A DNA stretch of 64,000 nt from Thermoanaerobaculia bacterium (GTDB lineage: Bacteria; Acidobacteriota; Thermoanaerobaculia; Multivoradales; UBA5704): contig JBBRUC010000004.1 in NCBI GenBank assembly GCA_038248205.1, forward strand, positions 18 through 64,017, read 5' to 3'. Shown in pieces: positions 1 through 7,959 of this stretch. The stretch's first letter is position 1; every line of letters begins with the position of its first letter. The notes below the pieces were generated by a model. The model made no database searches. It was given only the letters and a program-made list of their open reading frames with translations, and was not told where the DNA came from. A program made the position numbers and the translations under genes.

Positions 1-244
1 CTTGCAGCATGATACAACCCGGTTTGCGCGAAGTGGGGTGATTCGCCCCTTGATTTACCTGGGACGATCGCGAGGTCGTAGCCGATGTCGTTGAAACTGC
101 GGAGCTTACGGGTTGCGCGAACCTCCGTGGGTAAGCGATGTTCGCTTCCGGTTCGCGCGTGGGGTGGCGGCTCGATCGTCAGGCGAGCAACGGACCTTCC
201 GGATCGAGACTCGGTTTCGTGCCGTGATGCACGATCCGGCCGCG

Positions 245-470
245 CTAGTTCTTGCCCAGAGAATAGATCCGCAGACTGTCCTCTTCCGGCTCGATCTCGG
301 CGAGCAGGCGGTGGCCCAGAATGGCCCATTGGGTCGGATCGATCAGGCATTCGAAGACCGAATTCTGGACCCGTTGACCGGAGTCGGGACAGGTTTTGGC
401 CATCCGCCGGATGGCTCCGCCGTCCCTCCCGGGTGGTCGTCGCCACGTCGTGGCTGATCAGCACCAGCAC
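245..470 (-). pseudogene. cas2: Cas2 (CRISPR-associated endoribonuclease) relic, frameshifted and orphan
   Basis: My own minus-strand translation starts at GTG(470) and reads VLVLISHDVATTTREGRR in one frame. After a 1-nt shift near 413-418 the next frame reads AIRRMAKTCPDSGQRVQNSVFECLIDPTQWAILGHRLLAEIEPEEDSLRIYSLGKN*, with the stop at 247-245. The hhhhxxDV N-terminus, GxRVQxSVFEC and DSlRiY are Cas2 hallmarks. No single frame is intact. No cas1-like frame lies upstream and no array lies downstream. Confidence 0.7.
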
Positions 471-826
471 GGTAGATGCCTAAGGCCTCGTCAAAGTCGG
501 AAGTGGCTTGCCGCCTCAGCGCCCGTCCCCTCCGCCTTCCACTGCCCGAGAGAGGGGCGCCCCCGGCGCACCCGTCCGGCCCGTTGGGCCGGAACCGTCG
601 CCCGCGACAGCCTGGCGTGGAGAGGCGGCGAGCTGACCTACATCTGCACCCCACCTCACCCCGCAAGCGCGGACTTTAACGAGGCCCTGCCTCTGGCCCT
701 CTTCGAGGCTCTCCGGTACCATGGCAGTTCAGATCGAACCGAATCCTTGAGCGCCAGCTCTCCCGGCCTTCATTTTCTTGTGCCGCTCGTGCAAGGTCTC
801 GCGGCGCGGAGCGTAAGAGACTGCCG

Positions 827-1450
827 ATGAATCACATCCATCCGATCGAGCCCATCGCGACCATTCTGTTGATCGCAGTCCTGATCTACCTGCGCTACAA
901 GCGGAAGGCGGCGGACGGTCCGCCGAAATCAAAGCCCCAAGAGCGGGCCGTGATCGAGCGGCCGGCGAAGGTTGAAGATCCGCCGGAAGTAGCCTTTGCC
1001 AAGCTGCGCCGCAGGGCGTTTGCAACGACCCCCGAGGCGCTCGGCGTGGCCAACGATCTGACCGATGGCGATCCGTACGTCGTACTGATGGAAATGGGGA
1101 TGCCGAGTTCGGCCGTGACGCTCGCCTGCTTCGCGGACGGTGACGCCGGGGTCTACTACCAGTCGGGCGGCGGGATGATCGGCGGGCGAGCGCACGAAAC
1201 GGTGCGGACGGCCGCCAAGGTCTTCATCGCTCAGATCAAACCCCTGGTGGTGGGAATGGAGAAAGTGGCCGATCCGCCGCTTCCCGACGAAGGTCGGGTG
1301 CGATTCTCGGCGCTTACCCTGGAAGGAACCTTCACCGCCGAGACCGACCGCGAAGCGCTCGCCGATCCGGACTACGTTTTGTCCCCCCTGTTCTACAGCG
1401 GCCAGGAAGTCGTCAGCCAGATGCGCGAGGTGCTGGCCCAGAAGGATTAA
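827..1450 (+). CDS. hypothetical membrane-anchored protein
   Basis: 207-aa ORF with protein-like composition and an N-terminal hydrophobic helix (IEPIATILLIAVLIYL). I do not recognise a family. Confidence 0.6.
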   Translation: MNHIHPIEPIATILLIAVLIYLRYKRKAADGPPKSKPQERAVIERPAKVEDPPEVAFAKLRRRAFATTPEALGVANDLTDGDPYVVLMEMGMPSSAVTLACFADGDAGVYYQSGGGMIGGRAHETVRTAAKVFIAQIKPLVVGMEKVADPPLPDEGRVRFSALTLEGTFTAETDREALADPDYVLSPLFYSGQEVVSQMREVLAQKD

Positions 1451-3498
1451 GGGAGGAGCGACCGGCCGGTCGCGTCCGGTAGGGCGACGCCCAAAAGCTC
1501 CGCCAGGGTAGGTGCCAGATCGTACGGAGCGCTCGGCTCGGTCCGTTCGGATGCCCGAAAGGGGGCGCCCCAAAAAATCAGCGGCACCTGCGTGTCGTAG
1601 TCGTACTGCGAGCCATGGCCGGAGCCGCGTTCGGGATCCCAGTGCATCAGGACGTTCGGCTTCGGGATCAGGAACGCATCGCCCGAACGTTCGGCATCGA
1701 AATCATTGCGGGCGAAAAAAGCCGGGGTCTTGCCCCCTTCGTCGGAGTCGTCGGCCGGCCAGGAGGAGCGTTGGGAAGTGAGCAGAACATCCTCGATCTC
1801 TTCGCTGAACAACTGGTGGACCACCCGCGGAAACACCTGATCGAGATTCTCGACCGTGACGGGTCGCCCGGCCGGCCCGCACGGACCTTCGATCGAGGTC
1901 TTGGGGAACGCCGGTCGATCGTAGGCGACGCTCCACCCCTCCACGCCATAGATCGGCTGGCTCGTCGACGCGAGGCAAAGCGCCTCGGAGAGTGCCCGGT
2001 TCAGCCGTTCGCGTAGGCTCGGGAACGAGCTTTCGGGTGCCTCGTCGCTCATCAGCCGTCCCCCGGTTCGGTTTCTGCCTTCGAAGCGGACGACCTCAGG
2101 CAACGGCGCGAAGCCATGGTCGGCGGAGAGAGCCAGAACGACCCGGCCGGCCGGGGCCTCCCCGGCGAGTTCGTCGAGCGCGGTGAGCAGCCGGCCGAGT
2201 TGGCGGTCGAGCCGGCGCAGGGTATCCAGCTCCTCGGCCGATTCATTGCCGAAGTTGTGGGACACCACGTCGTGGGCCGAAAACGACAAGGCCAGCAGAT
2301 CGGGCACCCCGCGCCGACCGAGCTTGAGCCCCGGATCGGCGAGGGTCGCGAGGGCGAGATCCGCGAGCAGCTGATCCTGAAGCGGGCTGCCGTAGATGCC
2401 GCTCGTGTACCCGCGCGGATCCCCGGAGAGGTCGTGATCGAATCCGATCCCGAGATCGGGAACCTGGTAGCGGGCAAGGTTCGGAGTCGGCTGCGGCAGC
2501 TCGGTTTCCGGATTTTTCATCCCGGCCGGCGGCGGCAACGGTTTCCAGAGCGTACCGAAGCGGCGGACCAATTGGGCACCCGCTTGCGTCGTATTGAATC
2601 CCTTGACCAGGTCGCGCAGGGCGCTGCCGGCGATTCCATCCGTGTCGTAGGCCGAAGAGCTGACGAACCGGCCGCTGTCCCGGTCGTACCAGTAGACCAG
2701 GTGGCGAGGGCTCTTTCCCGCGAGGAAAATCGCACCGCGATCTTTGCCCGACAGTGCCACCACGCGCGAGGAAGGACTCGCTTCGATCAGCCGATCGCCG
2801 AGCGTTGGGATGCGTAGGTTGGCGGAACCGGCCACCGTTCCCGAAGGGAGGACCGGCTCCTCCGCTCGACCGTGGTGGAGGTTGTAGAGGGTGATCGCGT
2901 CGTCGCTGTCGAACACGAGCGTCTCACCTTTTGGTCCTTCGCCGATCCGGGTGGTCGAGGCGTTGCCGATCTCACCCGAAAGTTGCCACAGCTCCATCGT
3001 CTTCTTACGGGCAAAGACGAAAAGGCGCCCGTCGCTTTCGATCTCGCGGAAGAACAGGGGCGGCTGGCCCGGCACCCGCGAAACATCGGGTTGGTCGGTG
3101 CAGTAGAGCCGGCGCAGCCCCTGACCGTTCGGGTTCGCTTCGAACCAGCGGTTGGCGACGATGCCATGGACCCGCGGCGGCGCGCCCGTGCCGAGGGAGG
3201 CGTGCCCCGGCCCGGTCTCCGTGTTGAGGTGCTGGTAGCGGCACGAGGTCTCGACCTGTCCCTCGGCGAGGAGGCGGGCAAAACCGCCGTCGAACCATTC
3301 TCGATAGCCGGCCAGGCGCGGCCATCCGAGGCCGTCCACCGAGACCACCCCGACGAGCTTGACCGGCGGCGGGGCATTCGCCGGAGCTGCTTCCGCCACG
3401 GCGGAGAAGAGGAGCGCAAGGGAAGCGATCCAGGTACGGCAGAGCCTGGAGGAGAGAGGGCGCGGAGCCGAGATCGGATGGGTGAACATACCGACCAA
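1447..3498 (-). CDS. alkaline phosphatase superfamily protein (nucleotide pyrophosphatase/phosphodiesterase-like), secreted
   Basis: Signal-like N-terminus. Motifs: VSVDGLGW, TETGPGHASLGTG (a TxTxPxHxxxxTG-like nucleophile motif), SADHGF and GSGHGS, the metal-ligand motifs of the AP/NPP superfamily. Confidence 0.75.
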   Translation of the reverse strand: MVGMFTHPISAPRPLSSRLCRTWIASLALLFSAVAEAAPANAPPPVKLVGVVSVDGLGWPRLAGYREWFDGGFARLLAEGQVETSCRYQHLNTETGPGHASLGTGAPPRVHGIVANRWFEANPNGQGLRRLYCTDQPDVSRVPGQPPLFFREIESDGRLFVFARKKTMELWQLSGEIGNASTTRIGEGPKGETLVFDSDDAITLYNLHHGRAEEPVLPSGTVAGSANLRIPTLGDRLIEASPSSRVVALSGKDRGAIFLAGKSPRHLVYWYDRDSGRFVSSSAYDTDGIAGSALRDLVKGFNTTQAGAQLVRRFGTLWKPLPPPAGMKNPETELPQPTPNLARYQVPDLGIGFDHDLSGDPRGYTSGIYGSPLQDQLLADLALATLADPGLKLGRRGVPDLLALSFSAHDVVSHNFGNESAEELDTLRRLDRQLGRLLTALDELAGEAPAGRVVLALSADHGFAPLPEVVRFEGRNRTGGRLMSDEAPESSFPSLRERLNRALSEALCLASTSQPIYGVEGWSVAYDRPAFPKTSIEGPCGPAGRPVTVENLDQVFPRVVHQLFSEEIEDVLLTSQRSSWPADDSDEGGKTPAFFARNDFDAERSGDAFLIPKPNVLMHWDPERGSGHGSQYDYDTQVPLIFWGAPFRASERTEPSAPYDLAPTLAELLGVALPDATGRSLLP

Positions 3499-3581
3499 CC
3501 TATTCGATGGGCTCGGTCGCCGGGGCGACGACCCCGTGTCCGTCGTGTGAACGTCGAGAGCTTCGAGCGGGCCGTCGCCCC

Positions 3582-4514
3582 CTAGTCCCAGACCTGTTGG
3601 ACGCCGTCGCGTTCGACCCGCCAGACGCCTTCGGTCCGGCGTAGGAAGAGGCTCCCCCGGTAGTGATCGTTGCCCTTCCGGCCATCGAGCGTCAGCTCGG
3701 CTTGATCCCCTTTCGAGCGGCCGCCGGTGATCTCGATCGTCGGCAGCGCGAGGGAAGGGAAGGTGGATTCGAGGTCGCCGCGGAAACTCGCGGCTCGCTC
3801 CTCGGCCTCCGTCGCTTCGAAGCTGTCGAGCCGGGCGGCGATCGGTTCGGAACAGGCCTTCGCAAGCCCTTCGCGGCTCGGCTCGGCGATCGCCTTCCGG
3901 CAGGTTTCAAGCCAGGTGCCCGCCTCGCCGCCGCCCGCGGGGAGCGCGGTGATCCCCGTCGGCCGGGTGATCGGCACCGCGAGGGTGAGGTCGACGTCCA
4001 GCCCGTCTCCGTCGTGGGCGTCGGCCGGCTGGGTGCGGATCTTGCCTTTGACGACCCCGTCCTCGATTCGTAGATGCGACTGGGCGGCCTGCGCGCCGGA
4101 GCTGCAATAGCCGCAGACCGCGCCGCCGGGCAAACGATAGGCGACGCCCTCCCAAGCGGCGTCGAGCGCGACGTCCAAGGTCACCGCGCCGGAATCCTCG
4201 CCGGTCTGGCGCGCCAGCTCGCCTTGCTGGTCGAGGGCCGCTTCGAGCGCCTTGCGGTCGAGCTTGGCGCCGGTCAAGCGAACTTTGATCACGGTCTCGC
4301 CGCCGTAATATCCCGTCCCTTCGTAGGCGAACCCGTCGCCGATGACGAACTCGTCGCCCGCCTTGGCGAAGGTTCCGGTGGCGGCCGTCTCCGGGGCGGA
4401 CTTGGCCCGCGCCGCCGCGAGCGGCGTACCCGCCAGGGCGAGCGAAAAGACGAGAAGGGCGGCGGCGAACGGAGCGGGTACCAAGGGCGGCAAGCGGCGC
4501 AATGTGATCTCCAA
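3582..4514 (-). CDS. hypothetical exported protein
   Basis: 310-aa ORF with a signal-like N-terminus (PAPFAAALLVFSLALAGTPLAAARA). No family recognised. Confidence 0.6.
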   Translation of the reverse strand: MEITLRRLPPLVPAPFAAALLVFSLALAGTPLAAARAKSAPETAATGTFAKAGDEFVIGDGFAYEGTGYYGGETVIKVRLTGAKLDRKALEAALDQQGELARQTGEDSGAVTLDVALDAAWEGVAYRLPGGAVCGYCSSGAQAAQSHLRIEDGVVKGKIRTQPADAHDGDGLDVDLTLAVPITRPTGITALPAGGGEAGTWLETCRKAIAEPSREGLAKACSEPIAARLDSFEATEAEERAASFRGDLESTFPSLALPTIEITGGRSKGDQAELTLDGRKGNDHYRGSLFLRRTEGVWRVERDGVQQVWD

Positions 4515-4562
4515 GGGTTGGGGGGTGGCCGCCGAGATTGTGTTCGGCCGTCCGCGGACGTG

Positions 4563-5954
4563 TCAATCGGCGTCGGCCGGAGCGACCACGGCGAGCGCGG
4601 AGCCGAGCAGGCCGAGGACCAGGTAGAAGTAGTTGGCGTGGGCCTGCTTGCTCCAGGTAAAGAACGCCAACAGGGTAACGGCGGCGGCGGCGGCGAACCC
4701 GGTCGCTGTACGCGGTGCCCGGGCGAGCGCCAGACAGAGCACACCGAGCGCCGCGAGGGGAGAGAGGATCGTGAGCGAACGGGCGAGGGCCTCCGGCAGG
4801 AGCGCCAGAAAGGTCAGCGAGTCGGGTCGGTAGGGCTGCGCCAGATGGACCGCGACGACCGAAGAGTAGAACGCGGCGGGATCCCACAAGACAAATGGCA
4901 GGGTGACCGCGGCGGCGACCCCGAGCGCCTGGAGCGCCAAGCGCGGCAGCCGGCGGGCGGGCAGGCTCCACGGGGTGAGGAGCGCCAAGAGGGGCGCGAT
5001 CAAGAGCAGGTACTGCTTGGATGCGAGCAGCAGGCCGAGCAGCCCGCCGAGCAGCCGGTGCCTGCCGCGCGGCGCGGACACGGCGGAGCGCAAGAACAGC
5101 ACGAACAGCAAGACCGAAAACGGCTCGGTCCAACCCCGCTCCAGCACGTCGAACCCGCGCGGAGTGAAGAGGAAAAGGGCCGCGGCGAGCGTACCGAACC
5201 GACCCGGACGCAAGAACGCGAGCGTGGCCCCGGCCCCGGTGATCGCGAGCAGCTGAGCGAACCGATGATCGCCGCCGAAGAGAAAACCCGGGAACGCGAG
5301 GAGCAGGCTCACCGGCGGATAGGGAAAACCGAAGCGCAGCCGGTCGCCGGACCACCAGCCGGGTGCGTACAGTTTCGCCGACTCCTGCTCGTCGTAGATG
5401 TTCGGCATCGCCAGGCGGTAGGGATTGCCCCCGGCCGCGAGTTCGCGGCTCGCCTCCTGCTGGAAGACGAAGACGTCGATCTTGGGTTGCGGCCGCGAGC
5501 GGAGGATCCAAGCGCCGAGCGCGAGGTGGATCGCGAGCAGGAGGATCGTGAGCCCCTTTTGCCGCCCGGGCGGCGCGTACAGGGCGGCCAGGCCCACGGC
5601 ACCGGCAACCAGGAGGGCGCAAGGGAATCCGTAGCGATCGAGCCAGGAGGCCGGCGGCCCGCCCTGGCTCGAAAGGCGAGCGAGGCTCGCTTGGGTCAGC
5701 TGAAGGATTTGCGCCGCAAAGACCGCGGCGCCGAAAGCGACGACGACGCGCTCGGCCGGCTCGCTCCGGCTCCGATCGGTGATCCCGGCGACGATCGTCA
5801 GTCCGAGCCCCAACGCCACCGCCGTCCAGAGCAGGCCGAAGGTCGAGAAACCGGCCCCGCCCGCCAGGGTCGCCTGGCCGAGGGCGAAGAGGGCGGCCAC
5901 CAGAGCCCAGGCGGAAAGGCGCCACGCGGCGGCCGGCGCTGGGTCTTGGGTCAA
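4563..5954 (-). CDS. polytopic membrane protein, GT-C type glycosyltransferase-like (DUF2029/GT87-like)
   Basis: Many hydrophobic helices plus the loop GNPYRLAMPNIYDE...FGFPYPPVSLLLAFP, which is typical of DUF2029-type mannosyltransferases. The 573-aa track ORF overlaps the upstream barrel gene. I trimmed it to TTG at 5954, which forms a TTGA start/stop overlap with that gene's stop at 5951-5953. Confidence 0.6.
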   Translation of the reverse strand: MTQDPAPAAAWRLSAWALVAALFALGQATLAGGAGFSTFGLLWTAVALGLGLTIVAGITDRSRSEPAERVVVAFGAAVFAAQILQLTQASLARLSSQGGPPASWLDRYGFPCALLVAGAVGLAALYAPPGRQKGLTILLLAIHLALGAWILRSRPQPKIDVFVFQQEASRELAAGGNPYRLAMPNIYDEQESAKLYAPGWWSGDRLRFGFPYPPVSLLLAFPGFLFGGDHRFAQLLAITGAGATLAFLRPGRFGTLAAALFLFTPRGFDVLERGWTEPFSVLLFVLFLRSAVSAPRGRHRLLGGLLGLLLASKQYLLLIAPLLALLTPWSLPARRLPRLALQALGVAAAVTLPFVLWDPAAFYSSVVAVHLAQPYRPDSLTFLALLPEALARSLTILSPLAALGVLCLALARAPRTATGFAAAAAVTLLAFFTWSKQAHANYFYLVLGLLGSALAVVAPADAD

Positions 5955-6715
5955 AACGTGAGCGAGGCGCCGAAGGTGATCACCGTCTCGTCTTCCGACG
6001 TGCCGGTGAGCGACGGATCGGCCTCGCGCCGCCGGTCCAAGCTTTCGAGCGCGATCGAGCGCTGGACCGAGCCGTGAATCGAGAGGTTCTCGCGGATCTG
6101 GATCGGTACGTCGATCCCGAACAATGCGTCGTTGAGAGTGCCGTCCGTCACATCCTTGTTGTTGTAGCCGAAGTCCCAGCCGACCGAGGCCGAAAAATCG
6201 AGGCTCGCCTTGCGGCCCAAGGCGAAGCTGTGGCCGATGCCGAACGTGCCGTAGCCCCCCTTGACCTTGTCGTTGTCGTACCAATAGCTCACCGTGGGCG
6301 ACAACGGTCCCTCGAAGCCGAGGCTGCCGTAGACCTCGTAGGTGTCGAGGAAGACCAGGATCCGCTCGGCATCCTGGTTGAACTGATAGCTGACGGCGCC
6401 CAGCGTGAGGGTGGCGCTGCCGATCGGAATCGCGTATTCGGCGCCGAGGTCGATCTCGCGGTAATCGCCGCCTGGGATATCTCCGGCATAGCCGTAGCTA
6501 TAGATCGAAAAGTTGCCCAGGCCGAGCACGATGTAGGGGGTGAGCACCGTCTCGTCGTCGAGCAGGTCCGAGCCGCGAAACAAGTATTGGCTGCTCCGAT
6601 CGACGCCGGCCGAAAAGCTCCAGCTCTTCTCCGCCCCGTTCTGGGCGAAGCCGGGGGCGGTACTTGGCGCAAGGGCGAAAAGCGCAAGAATCGGTACGAC
6701 ACGCGAGATCTTCAT
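5951..6715 (-). CDS. outer-membrane beta-barrel protein (unknown family)
   Basis: Signal peptide MKISRVVPILALFALAPSTAPGFAQ, an alternating aromatic/polar strand pattern, and a C-terminal ...GASLTF ending in Phe. Confidence 0.7.
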   Translation of the reverse strand: MKISRVVPILALFALAPSTAPGFAQNGAEKSWSFSAGVDRSSQYLFRGSDLLDDETVLTPYIVLGLGNFSIYSYGYAGDIPGGDYREIDLGAEYAIPIGSATLTLGAVSYQFNQDAERILVFLDTYEVYGSLGFEGPLSPTVSYWYDNDKVKGGYGTFGIGHSFALGRKASLDFSASVGWDFGYNNKDVTDGTLNDALFGIDVPIQIRENLSIHGSVQRSIALESLDRRREADPSLTGTSEDETVITFGASLTF

Positions 6716-6795
6716 CGGGGTATCCCCTCGGAAATAGGCAATCCGAAGCGCGTTCTTCGACGCTTCGAGGAAGGTAAGGTTCTGTCCAGTCTACG

Positions 6796-7269
6796 TCAGC
6801 GCCCGCGCGCCGTCTTCATCGCCGCGGTGGCCTCGCGTTCCGCTTCCTTCTTCCGCTCGGTCTCGCGCTTGTCGTAGAGCTTCTTGCCCTGGGCGAGCAC
6901 GATCTCCACTTTGATCCAGTTGCCCTTGAGATAGAGCGACAGGGGAATGACGGTCTGCCCCTGCATCTGGGTCCTGCCGTAGAGCTTCTCCAACTCGCGG
7001 CGCGACAGGAGGAGCCGGCGCGGGCGCTCCGGCGGGTGGTTCTCGCGGTTGCCGTGGCTGTAAGGGCTGATGTGGGCGCCCACCAGATACGCCTCGCCGT
7101 TCCGGAATTCGACGTAGCTGTCGCGCAGTTGGACCTTGCCGGCGCGCGCGGCCTTGACCTCCGTGCCGGACAGCTCGAGGCCGGCCTCGAAGTTTTCGAG
7201 GATGTGGTATTCGTGGGTCGCCCGCTTGTTTGCCGCGAGCGGCCGGATGGCCTGTTTTTGATTCGTCAT
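6796..7269 (-). CDS. smpB: SsrA-binding protein SmpB
   Basis: 157 aa. Reads ATHEYHILENFEAGLELSGTEVKA...YLVGAHISPY...RRLLLSRRELEKL...GQTVIPLSLYLKGNWIKVEI, full-length SmpB signature with a basic C-tail. Confidence 0.95.
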   Translation of the reverse strand: MTNQKQAIRPLAANKRATHEYHILENFEAGLELSGTEVKAARAGKVQLRDSYVEFRNGEAYLVGAHISPYSHGNRENHPPERPRRLLLSRRELEKLYGRTQMQGQTVIPLSLYLKGNWIKVEIVLAQGKKLYDKRETERKKEAEREATAAMKTARGR

Positions 7270-7380
7270 CGCCGGCTCAGTCTAGCAGCGCCCGCTCCTC
7301 CCCGCCCGGTCGCCGCCCGCCCCTCCGAAGCGGGCGGAAGGGGCCGTTTGTGGGGAGAGCCTGCTAGGATCGGGCGACCG

Positions 7381-7941
7381 ATGAGATCGAGATCGGCGCT
7401 TTTTTGCGCACTCCTGTTCCTGTCTCCCGGGCTGCTCGGTCTTGCCGCCCACGCCCAAGGCAGGATCAAGGGGCTTCGGGCGACGGTCGAGGGCGACCAG
7501 GTCCAGGTGTCGCTCCGACTCGAAGGGGGGATCGACCGGCGGATGCTCGACCGGATCGACAGCGGCCTGCCGACCCGGATCGTCTACGAGATGGAACTCG
7601 CCCGGGATCGTAAGCGGTGGTACGACCAGGGGATCAAGCGGACCACGCTCGAAGTGACGGCGGTCTACGATGCGGTCGCCCGCGAGACCAACCTGCACTA
7701 TCGGCTGGCCGGCGAGCTGATCGAGAGCCGCACGGTCCGCGACCGGCCCGCGCTGCTCGACGCGCTGCGCAAGATCGAGCACGTACCGGTCTTCCGCACC
7801 CAGGGCCTCACCCCCGGGGTGCGCTACCTGGTCATCGCCCGAGCCCTGTTAGGCTCGCGCATGGTCTTCTCGATCATTCCCACCGACACCCGCACCGAGT
7901 GGGTGGAATCGAACAAGTTCCGGCCTCCGGCCGTCCCGTAA
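7381..7941 (+). CDS. DUF4390-like exported protein (partner of an NtrY-type kinase)
   Basis: Starts at ATG 7381 inside the longer track ORF. Signal peptide MRSRSALFCALLFLSPGLLGLAAHAQ. Its size and its position directly upstream of an NtrY-like kinase fit DUF4390. Confidence 0.6.
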   Translation: MRSRSALFCALLFLSPGLLGLAAHAQGRIKGLRATVEGDQVQVSLRLEGGIDRRMLDRIDSGLPTRIVYEMELARDRKRWYDQGIKRTTLEVTAVYDAVARETNLHYRLAGELIESRTVRDRPALLDALRKIEHVPVFRTQGLTPGVRYLVIARALLGSRMVFSIIPTDTRTEWVESNKFRPPAVP

Positions 7942-7959
7942 GAAAGCAGCGGCCTGGGT

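Noticed and set aside
1-244. Possible CRISPR array downstream of the cas2 relic. There are three loose copies of GGTT[TC]GCGCG...GTGGGGT at about 21, 111 and 150, and a GTTGAAAC at 90-97.
   Set aside because: The copies are degenerate. Their spacing is irregular (about 90 nt, then about 39 nt) and no 25-40-bp unit repeats cleanly. Only 244 bp is visible, so an array further left cannot be excluded.
3907-6077. Very long ORFs 3907-5925 (-, 672 aa) and 4074-6077 (+, 667 aa).
   Set aside because: Their composition is Arg/Gly/Pro/Ala-rich and low in complexity, which is typical of off-frame and antisense reading in high-GC DNA. They overlap the better-supported membrane glycosyltransferase and hypothetical genes.
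6716-7380. I looked for ssrA (tmRNA) next to smpB, and for tRNA-like T-loops (GGTTCGA) in the gaps near 48320 and 63755.
   Set aside because: There is no tRNA-like acceptor or T-arm pairing around the GGTTCGATC matches, and no tmRNA 5'/3' consensus near smpB. A by-eye scan cannot exclude every small RNA.
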